A stretch of DNA of 64,000 bases from a virus. The stretch covers positions 2,650-66,649 of the IMG/VR virus record IMGVR_UViG_3300032224_001411; one strand, 5' to 3'. How positions within the stretch are numbered: position 1 is the stretch's first letter; every line of letters begins with the position of its first letter. The notes below the pieces were generated by a model. The model had not been told where the DNA came from, searched no databases, and saw only the letters and a program-made list of their open reading frames with translations. The position numbers and the translations under genes were made by a program. Below are positions 52,290-62,709 of this stretch, piece by piece.

Positions 52290-53198
52290 ATGAAGCTTTA
52301 TATTGCTGGCCCTATGACGGGTATGGAGGACTGGAACTTTCCTGCATTCTTTGATGCTGAAGAGCAATTAAAAAGTCTTGGATACGCAGTAGAAAACCCA
52401 GCACGGCATGACGGCAATACCGTCGAGGAAGCACTAGCCACTGTCGGTACCTTAGAAAATCCCATAGAAAAATGGGAGTTCTATGTGAAGAGGGACCTTA
52501 AATATTTACTTGAGTGTGTTGGAGTGGTTCTGCTTCCGGGGTGGCAAGAATCCGAGGGAGCACGCTTAGAAGTGCACATTGCAAAAAAACTTAAGATACC
52601 TCTGTTTATTCTTAAAAATGGAATGCTTGCACCAAGAATAACGTGCATCGGATTGTCTGGATATGCTCAGTCTGGAAAAGACACAGTTGCCGAGGTCCTT
52701 GTTGAAGACTTTGGATACAAAAAAGTAGCATTTGCAGATGCCATACGAGAAGCATTGGTTGTCCTTAATCCCCGAATAGAAGTTGCCAACATGGCAATGA
52801 GACTATCATCAGCCGTGAAATCTTTTGGATGGGAGTTTTTAAAAAAAGAAGACACAGGAGTTAGAGAGCTCCTTCAAAGATTTGGAACAGAAGTTGGTCG
52901 AGAGATGTTTGATCAAAACATTTGGGTAGATCTGGCAATTGACTTGGTTCCAGACGGAAGCCGTGTAGTTTTTTCAGACGTCAGATATCCCAACGAAGCA
53001 GACGCAATCAAGTCTGCAGGAGGGTCTGTATGGAGAGTAAATCGTCCAGATATTTTTGGAGTAAACGATCATGAATCAGAGCATGCGCTAAAAGACTACA
53101 AATTTGATATTCAAATTAATAATGTAGACACTGTTGACTTTCTTGAAGATATTGTCACAACAACTATGAAAGAAAACCGACACCTATGGAAGATTTAG
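52290..53198 (+). CDS. Fusion: DUF4406-like domain + deoxynucleoside monophosphate kinase
   Basis: YIAGPMTG...NFPAF...LPGW..SEGA..E; then IGLSGYAQSGKDT...RELLQRFGTEVGR...DVRYPNE. Confidence 0.85.
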   Translation: MKLYIAGPMTGMEDWNFPAFFDAEEQLKSLGYAVENPARHDGNTVEEALATVGTLENPIEKWEFYVKRDLKYLLECVGVVLLPGWQESEGARLEVHIAKKLKIPLFILKNGMLAPRITCIGLSGYAQSGKDTVAEVLVEDFGYKKVAFADAIREALVVLNPRIEVANMAMRLSSAVKSFGWEFLKKEDTGVRELLQRFGTEVGREMFDQNIWVDLAIDLVPDGSRVVFSDVRYPNEADAIKSAGGSVWRVNRPDIFGVNDHESEHALKDYKFDIQINNVDTVDFLEDIVTTTMKENRHLWKI

Positions 53199-53827
53199 CA
53201 TTACTCTATGCCCGCGTGTCTACGCAGCTTCAGGTAAATGATGGCGTCTCACTTGACGTTCAAGAACGTAATTTGCAAAGTGCAGCAGGACTTGCTGGCT
53301 ACACAAATATAGAGTTAGTCAGAGAAGAAGGACGATCTGGTAAAAACATCAGTGGACGTCCAGCATTAACTGACGCCCTAAAACGTCTAGATTCTGGAGA
53401 AGCTAAAGCACTTTTTGTTACTCGAATTGACCGCTTAGCTCGTTCAACTCAGGACTTTTTAAGCGTTGTAGATCGAGCAAATAAAAATGGATGGCGTCTT
53501 GTGATGCTTGATTTAAATCTTGATACTTCAACATATCAAGGTAGGTTTGTTGTGACAATTATGTCAGCACTTGCTGAGATGGAGCGAGGAATTATCGCTG
53601 CTCGTCAAAAAGATGTTCATGAAGATCGACGCAAGCGTGGTGTTGTCTGGGGTGTACACATGGGGCCAATGAACAAAACTCCTGAAGAAGTAAAACAGAG
53701 AGTTACTTCTGAGAGGGCTTTGGGGCTTTCTTACCAGAAGATTGCTGACGGTTTGAATCGAGATCAGGTTCCAACTCAGAATGGTCGGAAGTGGTATCCG
53801 ACGACGGTAAAGAATCTACTGGGATAG
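53186..53827 (+). CDS. Serine recombinase (resolvase family)
   Basis: YARVST..Q, SG....RPAL, DRLARS, AEMER..I; C-terminal IA..LN...PT..G..W. Confidence 0.9.
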   Translation: MEDLALLYARVSTQLQVNDGVSLDVQERNLQSAAGLAGYTNIELVREEGRSGKNISGRPALTDALKRLDSGEAKALFVTRIDRLARSTQDFLSVVDRANKNGWRLVMLDLNLDTSTYQGRFVVTIMSALAEMERGIIAARQKDVHEDRRKRGVVWGVHMGPMNKTPEEVKQRVTSERALGLSYQKIADGLNRDQVPTQNGRKWYPTTVKNLLG

Positions 53828-54578
53828 CTTTTGAAGCTGACTTGTTGACTTGACCATTTAACATAACATCTTGAGCAAAACGCCCGCTAAAGATATATTC
53901 ACCAGCGTGATCTACTGTAACCCAAGGGGCTGCATACACTGACCCACCAATTTTTCGGTACAGTCGACAAAAGTGGTAGTCTTCAGATAGAAGTATCCCC
54001 TCTTCTGTGATTGATGTGGCAAAGTATTCTGTAACCATGTTATCAAAATCAAAAGAAGCATCAGGACCATTCAAAGCATATTTAGGGCAATGAGGTTCTA
54101 GTTTTTCAAAAACCTCACGCTTAATAAACATAAGTCCAGTAGCAACTTCAGTAACTTCAACTGGCTCATCTAGCCTAAATGTTGACACACCTGGAAGCAT
54201 ATTTAATGCAAAAAACCCAGAAAAATCAGCAAGATTTTGTTTACCAGCTTGGACAGCTTTTCTAATATTTTCCCAGTTAATATTCTTCATTGGGTAAATT
54301 CCACCAATAATATCTTTATCTGACTCAATCATTTTAATTACATCATGAGGGTTAAAACCTTCATCTGCATCAACAAAAAGTAATGCATCTGCTGAACTTT
54401 TAATAAATTCATGGGCAAGATTATTACGTGCTCGTGTAATCAAACTTTCATTGTAAATCTTAGAAAAAGAAACTTGATGCCCTTTTTTAGCAAGTTCAAA
54501 AGTAAGACTCATAATTGAGTCAACGTAGATACCTTTACAGTTACCGCCATACATAGGCGTTGCAATTCTGATATGCAC
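53703..54578 (-). CDS. Glycosyltransferase-like protein
   Basis: IATPMYGG, ESLITRARN, FVDAD, TG.M.IKR.VF, SEDY.FC. Confidence 0.8.
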   Translation of the reverse strand: MHIRIATPMYGGNCKGIYVDSIMSLTFELAKKGHQVSFSKIYNESLITRARNNLAHEFIKSSADALLFVDADEGFNPHDVIKMIESDKDIIGGIYPMKNINWENIRKAVQAGKQNLADFSGFFALNMLPGVSTFRLDEPVEVTEVATGLMFIKREVFEKLEPHCPKYALNGPDASFDFDNMVTEYFATSITEEGILLSEDYHFCRLYRKIGGSVYAAPWVTVDHAGEYIFSGRFAQDVMLNGQVNKSASKAIPVDSLPSSDTTSDHSELEPDLDSNRQQSSGKKAPKPSQK

Positions 54579-54716
54579 TAAATACTCCTTATTATGAAGA
54601 GGTCTGACGAAAAAGAGAATCGCCAGACCTCTCTGTGCCTCTCTCCCAAGAGCACTCTCTAATTGTACAACAACTTAAGGTTAAATTTAGAGAAAACGCA
54701 CTAAAATTAAAAAGGT

Positions 54717-57320
54717 TTATTGAGCCATTCGATCAGCAATGCCCCAGTCAATATTTGTGTTAGATACAATTCGGGGGTTAAGAACCCAGTTCTTAACTTT
54801 AGCTCGAGAGCCTTGCCCCTCAATGTTCATACCTCTATCCGTAAGTTTACGCTGTAGAGAAATTTGAGTCATAGCTCGTTCACCACGCTCTTCACTCCAG
54901 ATCCGATAAATCGTGTAAATCTGCTTGATTGCAATCTCTGAACCTTCCGACTCACGCATTTCTTCATTTAAGAACATGCCAATTCGGTCTTCATTCTTGC
55001 GATATATGTCTGCAGCTTCTTTGACAGCAGTACACCAACCAAGAGGATCACGAGCAGAAGAACCAAGGTACTTAATAGCACCCTCTACTGCCCAAGCAAG
55101 AACAGCAGGAAGGCCACCCTCAGCATCAAAAAGATATGCTTTAAGATCAGGATCAGGAGATTCTGGAACGTGTGACCATGGGATAGGACGGATACGACGC
55201 CACATAGCATCATCAGTAATCATTGGTCGGTGGTTTGTGGTAATCCATAGCTTAGCTTGAGCCTTGAACGTAAATGGCTTTTCACCAGGAGAACGTGCCG
55301 AGATTTCGGATGAACCAGTTAACTTCTTGACCGCGTTCTCTTTGATACGTTCCGACTCAGGCAACTCGTCAACCCAGACCATACGACGACCACGAAGTTC
55401 CGCCCAGTGGTAAAGATCAGTAGAGGACGTTTGTCCACCGTTATCAGCAAGAATGCTTGAATCAAGAGGCCAAGCATACTGCTGGGTACCAAGAGCTTTA
55501 ACAAGTGCCTCAACAAAAGTATTTTTACCTGAACCAGGAGGTCCGTATACAAGGAACATAAGGTCTTGGTTATTGAGACCAGTAAGCGTGTAGCCAACTG
55601 CACGCTGAATCCAGTCTTGAAGTTCTTTATCTCCACCAGTTGCAAAGTCTACAAACTGTTCCCATCGGATGTTACGCATACCAGGAGTATATGATACAGG
55701 AACACGCTTTGTAATATGAAGATCGGGACGACCTCGCATAAGCTCACCAGTTCGAAGATTGATAACACCATTCATGACACCAAGGAGATACTCATCGCCA
55801 TCCCATGATTCCACAGGGACAACGACACGAGGATCGGAGTTTGCACTCTCAACCGCAGAGTTCAAACGTCCATTACTCTTTGCTTGATTAGCCCACTTGA
55901 GAACTTCATTCTTTTTGTCTTGGTCTTCATACTTAGCAACCTCGGTGGCAATAATTGGAGGAATTCGCTTAGCAAGTTCTTTCATACCAAGGTCTTCGGC
56001 ATCTGGCTTCCAGTACTGACCTTCCCAGATAAACCAACCAATTCCAGGAGTGTATCGAACTGAAGAACCAAATGAGTCGATCATTCGTCGTCCATTACCA
56101 ATATCAGTCAGTGAGCGCTTACCTGGAGTTCCACCCTCATACTCAGAGATAGCATCAGGGTCTTTAGGAATATCTACGTTGCCACCGCTAAACGCCTCAT
56201 CAATAGATGAGCCACTATGTGCCGCATCGGCAACTGCAGCACCAATAGTCCCAAGAAGTTGAATAGAGGGGTCATCATGCTGCTCGGCAACTTGAGCAGC
56301 GGTGGCTCGAGCCTCAGCCTGGTTATTTTTTGCCCAATCCTGAGCACCTGGCCACAGCATATCCCCAACAGGGTTGTTAGCAACAAAATCAATTGCACGA
56401 CGAACGTGCATGAGAAGACCGCCCTGACCCTCAAGTTCAAGAGGTGGACGAACTTTTTCATGGTTGAAGCGAATCATTAAAGTTTCGACTGCAAGCTTTC
56501 CAGCCTCCGAGTCAACATTCATTTTGTTAGCAATTGCACATGTAAGTTTGTAAACGTCTACTGCACGGGAACCCTCATCAATCCCCTCCTCCAAAAACTT
56601 GTTGATATCAACTCGATCATCGCCACCAAGATCTCCAAGCCAGCTCCAGTCACCGGTACCAAGAGATGTCCCAGTTCTACCGCTTCCTCTGCGCTTGCGG
56701 AGTGCTTCGAGCAATTCTTCGGGTGCTTCTGCCATCTCAACTTCCCAAGGAGCACAGCCAGCAGCCCAATCATAAGTAACACCAGATCCGTGACGGCTAG
56801 GAGCAACCATCACATAACCGTTGTGTTTAATATCAATGCCAGGAAGACCGAAAGACTTGAGATTACCTACAAAATTTTCCCCATCTTGAACACGAAAATA
56901 GATATGACGTCCACGGTTCTGCACTCCCTGATAGGTATAAACACCAGTAAATGCTTCAACAGTCTTAGGAAGTTCAATCCCAATCATATCTTTAAACTTT
57001 TCAAAAGAATCAATACCATCTGAACGAGGGTCGACGTCGATAACAATAAATCCAGACCGCTGACAGTGAACACCAATGTTATTCTCTGGATTACGTTCCC
57101 ACCACGCGGAGACAGTCTCAACGTCGTCAGTAGATCGAGTGGTCCACTCGCCAATCATCGGGTGCTTACCAATGTCTTTAGGCTCTGCGTGTACACCATT
57201 ACATGTGCATCGTCCGCCATCTGTAATTCCAAAACACGGAAGAATCTTCCATCCCTGCTGAGCGTACCACTCAGAACCACGCGCTAGCTTTTCCGTATGC
57301 GTCGTTTTAGCAGATGTCAT
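54717..57320 (-). CDS. Bifunctional primase-polymerase fused to D5-like SF3 helicase
   Basis: N-terminal KHP...NIG...DVD...GRHIYF...GID.K..GYV.VAPS.H; helicase GPPGSGKNT, KLTG..ISAR, TNH.P...D.AMWRR. Confidence 0.92.
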   Translation of the reverse strand: MTSAKTTHTEKLARGSEWYAQQGWKILPCFGITDGGRCTCNGVHAEPKDIGKHPMIGEWTTRSTDDVETVSAWWERNPENNIGVHCQRSGFIVIDVDPRSDGIDSFEKFKDMIGIELPKTVEAFTGVYTYQGVQNRGRHIYFRVQDGENFVGNLKSFGLPGIDIKHNGYVMVAPSRHGSGVTYDWAAGCAPWEVEMAEAPEELLEALRKRRGSGRTGTSLGTGDWSWLGDLGGDDRVDINKFLEEGIDEGSRAVDVYKLTCAIANKMNVDSEAGKLAVETLMIRFNHEKVRPPLELEGQGGLLMHVRRAIDFVANNPVGDMLWPGAQDWAKNNQAEARATAAQVAEQHDDPSIQLLGTIGAAVADAAHSGSSIDEAFSGGNVDIPKDPDAISEYEGGTPGKRSLTDIGNGRRMIDSFGSSVRYTPGIGWFIWEGQYWKPDAEDLGMKELAKRIPPIIATEVAKYEDQDKKNEVLKWANQAKSNGRLNSAVESANSDPRVVVPVESWDGDEYLLGVMNGVINLRTGELMRGRPDLHITKRVPVSYTPGMRNIRWEQFVDFATGGDKELQDWIQRAVGYTLTGLNNQDLMFLVYGPPGSGKNTFVEALVKALGTQQYAWPLDSSILADNGGQTSSTDLYHWAELRGRRMVWVDELPESERIKENAVKKLTGSSEISARSPGEKPFTFKAQAKLWITTNHRPMITDDAMWRRIRPIPWSHVPESPDPDLKAYLFDAEGGLPAVLAWAVEGAIKYLGSSARDPLGWCTAVKEAADIYRKNEDRIGMFLNEEMRESEGSEIAIKQIYTIYRIWSEERGERAMTQISLQRKLTDRGMNIEGQGSRAKVKNWVLNPRIVSNTNIDWGIADRMAQ

Positions 57321-57489
57321 CTGTACCTCCCTTGGTAACTAAAATACTAAACCCTAGGCTGAAATAACTCAAGACAAATAGTCGAGTGTTCGGATTATCG
57401 CTAGTGTAGCACGCCTAGGGCTAATCACCAAATCCGGGTTGTTGTACAATTATATCAAGCAATCTAAGCTTTTATTTTTTAGGATAATC

Positions 57490-57819
57490 GTGGCTCTTGA
57501 GTGGGTTTTTACCACCGCAGCAGTAATCACCGCAATCGGTGTCATTGTTGGCGGTATTGTTGCTATTTATAGATTAGCACACACTATCAACAAATCTATT
57601 GGACTTGATGAAAATGGAAGAACAATTTCTGAAAGACTTAACAAGGTTGAGCACCAGCTCTGGGAAAATGGTGGAACCTCACTTGCTGATAGAGTAAATA
57701 CAATTGAATCACATGCAATAAAAACGACGGCAGAGTTAGAGATTATTAAAGACATTCTAATTGGAGCGCAATCAGTAGACTCTCCAGTACGCAAGCCACG
57801 CGCCAAAAAAGCTAGCTAG
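57490..57819 (+). CDS. Single-TM membrane protein with coiled coil
   Basis: Hydrophobic N-terminus; NGG.SL.D.VN motif. Confidence 0.65.
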   Translation: MALEWVFTTAAVITAIGVIVGGIVAIYRLAHTINKSIGLDENGRTISERLNKVEHQLWENGGTSLADRVNTIESHAIKTTAELEIIKDILIGAQSVDSPVRKPRAKKAS

Positions 57820-57889
57820 TTTCTTTGGTTTTTAGCGTTTTATGCGCTATTATGTAATAACGACGCATTACACACTAAGGAGCTATGTT

Positions 57890-58162
57890 ATGTCTCTTTC
57901 AGAACGCTTGACTTTGGTCAGCAGTAAAGAAAAGAAAATAGCCCTCTGCAAGCTGGGGGAATTAATGACTGGGCCAAAACTAAGCATTGATGACCGAGAT
58001 CAGCTTATCTCAGTAGTTATGATACCAAGCGGAGACTCTCGACGTATTTCAAGTGCCGCTCTAGCATCTGTCCTTTCAGAGGAGGGACATTTTATATCTG
58101 CTACTTCAATCACAACTCATCGGCTGAAGCGATGCTCATGCTTTAGGGGAGGAGCTCAATAA
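57890..58162 (+). CDS. Hypothetical protein
   Basis: C-terminal HR...CSC; RBS AAGGAG. Confidence 0.65.
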   Translation: MSLSERLTLVSSKEKKIALCKLGELMTGPKLSIDDRDQLISVVMIPSGDSRRISSAALASVLSEEGHFISATSITTHRLKRCSCFRGGAQ

Positions 58163-59358
58163 TGAGTATCTCTGATAAACTTACAAACTTAGTGTCTCCT
58201 GGACAGTCAGGATCTGATGTACGATCACTCAACACCCCCGAGGCATGGCGTCCTCGGATGGAGATTGGCTCAGATGGCGGATACATTGTCTCTAGCCCAC
58301 GGAAAGCTGGAGAAATTCCAGATGCAGTAGATATTCTTAAAGAGTTTGAACTCGACCCTAACTCTTGGCGAGTTGTTTCAGTACGAAAGTCTCGTTGGCA
58401 GACATATAATGGAGAATGGCTTGAAGCAGCCAGAGTCTCTCTTGCACCTGCAGACGTATATTTAGGTGACCAACTTGACGTCGAGGCACTCATTGATGAA
58501 ATTAAAAAATGGCGTCCAGAGCGTGGAATTAAAACTTCTACTGGGAACGGGGCATACTTACTCTCACCAAGTGATCAGCAGATTGGTAAAAAATCTGGAG
58601 CAGGCGGTACGGATCTTTCAGTAGAAAGAATTCTCCAACTTACTGGAGCATCAGTTAGCAAGTTTGAAGCATATAAAAAGATGGGCCTCAATCTTGGAAC
58701 AATTGTTCTTGCACTTCCTGGAGATCATGTTGAAGGGAATGTTAGCCAGAATGGTCGCCTACAAGGACAAGCTGCATCCGACCTCGGTATGACCGAGCAA
58801 ATCCGTGTAGCACGTCGACTGCTTATGGCTCAAATTAAGGCGCATGCTCCTCTTGCAGAGAAGATGGTTGTTCCTGTAGTAAATGGAAACCACGACGAAG
58901 TTACTCGTCAGGTAGCAGCAGATCCTGCTGACGGCTGGAACGTCGAGATTGCATCGGCAGTTCAGGATGCTTGCGCCGAGAATCCAGCTCTTCAACACGT
59001 TGAGTTCCGTTTTCCAGAATCAGGACATCAAACACTTACGGTTGATGTTAACGGATGCATGCTTGGAATTTTTCACGGGCATCAAGCCGGACGTGACGTC
59101 ACTAAATATTTGTCAGGACAAGCAGCAGGTCAAACTGCACTTGGTGGGGCTGATGTCTGGATTTCTGGCCATTTTCATAACTTTAAAAGTATGGATATTG
59201 GCGAGCGCCTTTGGGTGCAATGTCCAACTACAGACCCAGGCTCTGACTGGTTTCGTGACCGATCTGGAATGTCTTCAAAGCCTGGTCTTTTGACAATGGT
59301 TATTGGCGGGGACTATGCTCCTCGAGAGTTTATCAGCGTTATTCCAACGAGTATTTAA
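58162..59358 (+). CDS. Metallophosphoesterase (Mre11/SbcD-like fold)
   Basis: SD.Q.GK, GD.VEG, GNHD, HGH, GHFH motifs. Confidence 0.85.
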   Translation: MSISDKLTNLVSPGQSGSDVRSLNTPEAWRPRMEIGSDGGYIVSSPRKAGEIPDAVDILKEFELDPNSWRVVSVRKSRWQTYNGEWLEAARVSLAPADVYLGDQLDVEALIDEIKKWRPERGIKTSTGNGAYLLSPSDQQIGKKSGAGGTDLSVERILQLTGASVSKFEAYKKMGLNLGTIVLALPGDHVEGNVSQNGRLQGQAASDLGMTEQIRVARRLLMAQIKAHAPLAEKMVVPVVNGNHDEVTRQVAADPADGWNVEIASAVQDACAENPALQHVEFRFPESGHQTLTVDVNGCMLGIFHGHQAGRDVTKYLSGQAAGQTALGGADVWISGHFHNFKSMDIGERLWVQCPTTDPGSDWFRDRSGMSSKPGLLTMVIGGDYAPREFISVIPTSI

Positions 59359-59771
59359 TGGCAGTAGTCTATACCGGAGGTACATTTGATTTGTTCCATA
59401 GTGGGCACGTTAACCTTCTTCGCCGTTGCTCAGAAATTGGAACAGTTATTGTTTCTTTAAATACTGATGAATTTATTGAAAAATATAAAGGTAAGCCACC
59501 AATACTTTCATATCATGAGCGAGAAGCAGTACTCCGCGCATGTCGATACGTAGATGATGTAGTTCCTAATATTGGTGGATCTGATTCAAAGATATCAATT
59601 GATCTTGTTAAACCAGACTATATTGTTATTGGATCTGACTGGGCACAAAAAGATTATTATGCTCAAATGCAGTTCGATCAGGACTGGTTAGATGCTAGAG
59701 GAATTGGGCTTATCTATATTCCATACACGAAAGAGATCTCGTCTACGGACATTAAACAACGCTTAAAATGA
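59358..59771 (+). CDS. Cytidylyltransferase (TagD-like)
   Basis: GGTFDLFHSGH, G.DW, ISST.IK. Confidence 0.9.
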   Translation: MAVVYTGGTFDLFHSGHVNLLRRCSEIGTVIVSLNTDEFIEKYKGKPPILSYHEREAVLRACRYVDDVVPNIGGSDSKISIDLVKPDYIVIGSDWAQKDYYAQMQFDQDWLDARGIGLIYIPYTKEISSTDIKQRLK

Positions 59772-60457
59772 TCACACAAATTATCGTTGCATCTAATGTA
59801 GACAGGGAAGACCTTAAAAAGTTAGATTACCCCTATCGTGAAGATGTACGCCACGACTTTTATAGAGTTAAAGGGCTACCTGGACCAGCACTAACTTGGT
59901 CAGAGTACGCTCAGTTTTTTAACTCATTTCCATTAGATAAAAATATTGAAACGTACGGATTAATTCACTATAGATGTGCACTGAATTTTGAGTCTGATCA
60001 AACTGCAATGAAATATGCACAGAGAGATGAGTTTTTTAAGCGACAGCCAGAGCATTTTAAAAACTTTAAAAATAAAATTGTTATTGGAAACAAGCTACAG
60101 CTAGGAGTTACGGCATGGGAGCAGTATTGCTCACCAAGTGAACATGCAAAAAATATTCCTATTATGGAAAAAGCCTGTGAAAAATTTTATGAACTTACTG
60201 GCTATGACGCAAAGCAATACCTACAATCTGTAACTTATTTATATTCAAGAAACATTTTTATTTCTCCAGTGGATTTTGCTGTTAGATGGTATAAAATAGC
60301 ATTAGAGATTGCCACTTATATGAATTTACTAGACTCACCTCATAAAACAAATGACCGGTGGGGAGCATTCATTTTAGAGAGACTATTTTCTGTGTATATC
60401 TCATTTGAGCGTGAATATGAAATTATAGAAAGGCCATTGGTATTTTTTACCGACTAA
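59768..60457 (+). CDS. DUF4422-like glycosylation-associated protein
   Basis: GLIHYR...NIFI...R..AFILERL. Confidence 0.5.
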   Translation: MITQIIVASNVDREDLKKLDYPYREDVRHDFYRVKGLPGPALTWSEYAQFFNSFPLDKNIETYGLIHYRCALNFESDQTAMKYAQRDEFFKRQPEHFKNFKNKIVIGNKLQLGVTAWEQYCSPSEHAKNIPIMEKACEKFYELTGYDAKQYLQSVTYLYSRNIFISPVDFAVRWYKIALEIATYMNLLDSPHKTNDRWGAFILERLFSVYISFEREYEIIERPLVFFTD

Positions 60458-60460
60458 AAT

Positions 60461-60973
60461 ATGAAGAAAGCCATAGTTATCGCTACGTCCGATGGACGAG
60501 AGAATTGGGTACGAGACTGCCTTGAATCGATCCGCGTTCCTATCCCTGTAATTGTTGTTTCTACTGGTGGATACGAGCTAGGTAAAATTGAGTGGGTATT
60601 AGAAAATACTGACATCGATCGATTTATTTTTTTACAAGACAGCGTGGTGGTTAGAAACAACCAGCTACTTATGAGTCTTTTTGACTATGAAGGGTCTGTA
60701 TGTATTATGGATGATCCAGACTGCTTTGGGTCATTTATGGGTCTCTACGAAAGATCCACACTAAACAGCATTGAAATCCCTAAAGTTGATAGTAAAGAAG
60801 AGTCAATTAAACAAGAGTGGTTGTGGACAAAAACATATGTTAAAGCCTGCACAAATCACATCCATCCAGTCCCAGTTCGCCACAAGGTTTTAGACACGGT
60901 TTATAAAAATGGAAGAGAAAACAGACTTTACATAAATGAAATTTATGAAAAGTGGAAAGGTACGTGGATGTAA
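60461..60973 (+). CDS. Glycosyltransferase-like hypothetical protein
   Basis: GYELGKI...F.FLQDS. Confidence 0.55.
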   Translation: MKKAIVIATSDGRENWVRDCLESIRVPIPVIVVSTGGYELGKIEWVLENTDIDRFIFLQDSVVVRNNQLLMSLFDYEGSVCIMDDPDCFGSFMGLYERSTLNSIEIPKVDSKEESIKQEWLWTKTYVKACTNHIHPVPVRHKVLDTVYKNGRENRLYINEIYEKWKGTWM

Positions 60974-62709
60974 TGAAGGTAGCAGTCTATACAATTGCAC
61001 TCAATGAAGAACAGTTTGTAGAGCGTTGGTACGAGAGTGCAAAAGACGCAGACTACCTACTTATTGCAGACACTGGCTCAAATGATAGGACGGTAGAACT
61101 TGCAAAAAAATTCGGTATTAACGTTATTGATATCAGTGTCAAACCTTGGCGCTTTGATGATGCTAGGAATGCTGCTCTCGCTGCTTTACCTTCTGACGTG
61201 GACTATTGTATTTCTCTTGATATGGATGAGCTCCTTGCCCCAGGCTGGCATGAAGAGCTTGAAAAAGCTTATAAAAACAAACTGACCAGGCCGAGATACC
61301 GCTACATTTGGAACTTTAATGCAGACGGTACTCCAGGAATTGAGTTTGGCGGCGACCACATCCACCTCAGACACAACTACCGATGGAAGACTCCGGTACA
61401 CGAAATTGTTGTTCCAGACAGACTTGAAGAGACTGTAGGTTGGATTGACCTAGAAATTCACCACAAAGCAGACGCATCAAAATCTCGAGGGCAGTATCTA
61501 CCTCTACTAAAACTTTCAGTAGAGGAAGAGCCGTATAACGATAGAAACGCTTTTTACTACGCCCGTGAGCTCTTTTTTTACAACATGTATGCCGAAGCAG
61601 CCGTAGAGTTTAAACGTCACTTGAGCCTACCAACAGCAGTGTGGGGAGCCGAAAGGGCAGCATCATGTAGATATCTTGCAAAGTGCGAACCAGACAGAGC
61701 AGAAGAGTATTTGATTAGTGCTATTTCACAAGACCCACAACGCAGAGAAGCTCGAGTGGAGCTTGCAAAGTACTACTACGAGCAAGAAGAATGGTCTTTG
61801 TGCTACACACAGGCAATTACAGCACTGAGTATTAAAGAAAAGCCAATGGACTATCTATGTGAAGATTTTGCATGGCAGTGGCTGCCGCATGACCTTGCCT
61901 GCATCTCTTCGTGGTGGCTTGGTAAGCGTAAAGAGTCACTAGACCATGAGCTAGAGGCACTAAGGCATGCACCAAATGATAGACGAATGATGGACAACTT
62001 TAAACTAATGGTTAGAGAAGTCCACAATGAAAAGATTACGGTAGCAATTCCAAGCAAGTCAAACACCGGTGGTGCCCTTAAAGTAATTCAATCTTTGCAG
62101 CAAGACAAACAAGTAGTAGAAATTGTACTAATTGCAGATGGTGAAGAGTCGTACAAAACATATAAAAAGCTTTTAGATAAATCTGGAGTTACTCTTATTT
62201 ATGTAAAAGCAGAATCAGGTATCCACGCAATGTGGAACGCAGGAATTGGGATTGCAAGAAAGAATGGAACATCGCTACTACTAGTTAATGACGATCTAGA
62301 GCTTGATGAAGGAACTGCTGGAACTCTTGCATCGTTACTTGACTACAACAAAAACATTAGCCTACTATCGACAGGATATGATGCTAAACCGTTCAATACG
62401 CCCATATACAAAGTAGTCAGCAATGCTAGAGGATGGTACAAGCAGGATGAGGGCCTTGCTGGGTGCTGTATGGCACTATCAGCAGATTTAGTCAAAGTTT
62501 ACGATTTTGATGAAAATCTCAAGTGGTGGTTTGGTGATGACGACATCGTGAACTGGTGCGAGGACAATGCATATGGGGTAGGAGTCACAAATCTTGTAGA
62601 GTACCGAGACAACACGTCATACACAACACTCAATGATCCGCCAAAAAACTTTAAAAAAATTACAGAAAATGACAGAAAAACCTTTGAAAAGAAATGGAAC
62701 ATAAAATGA
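60973..62709 (+). CDS. GT2 glycosyltransferase + TPR + second GT-A domain
   Basis: IALNEE, DTGS.D.T, WRFD.ARN, LD.DE, VHE; TPR-like helices; NDD and W.GDDD. Confidence 0.85.
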   Translation: MKVAVYTIALNEEQFVERWYESAKDADYLLIADTGSNDRTVELAKKFGINVIDISVKPWRFDDARNAALAALPSDVDYCISLDMDELLAPGWHEELEKAYKNKLTRPRYRYIWNFNADGTPGIEFGGDHIHLRHNYRWKTPVHEIVVPDRLEETVGWIDLEIHHKADASKSRGQYLPLLKLSVEEEPYNDRNAFYYARELFFYNMYAEAAVEFKRHLSLPTAVWGAERAASCRYLAKCEPDRAEEYLISAISQDPQRREARVELAKYYYEQEEWSLCYTQAITALSIKEKPMDYLCEDFAWQWLPHDLACISSWWLGKRKESLDHELEALRHAPNDRRMMDNFKLMVREVHNEKITVAIPSKSNTGGALKVIQSLQQDKQVVEIVLIADGEESYKTYKKLLDKSGVTLIYVKAESGIHAMWNAGIGIARKNGTSLLLVNDDLELDEGTAGTLASLLDYNKNISLLSTGYDAKPFNTPIYKVVSNARGWYKQDEGLAGCCMALSADLVKVYDFDENLKWWFGDDDIVNWCEDNAYGVGVTNLVEYRDNTSYTTLNDPPKNFKKITENDRKTFEKKWNIK

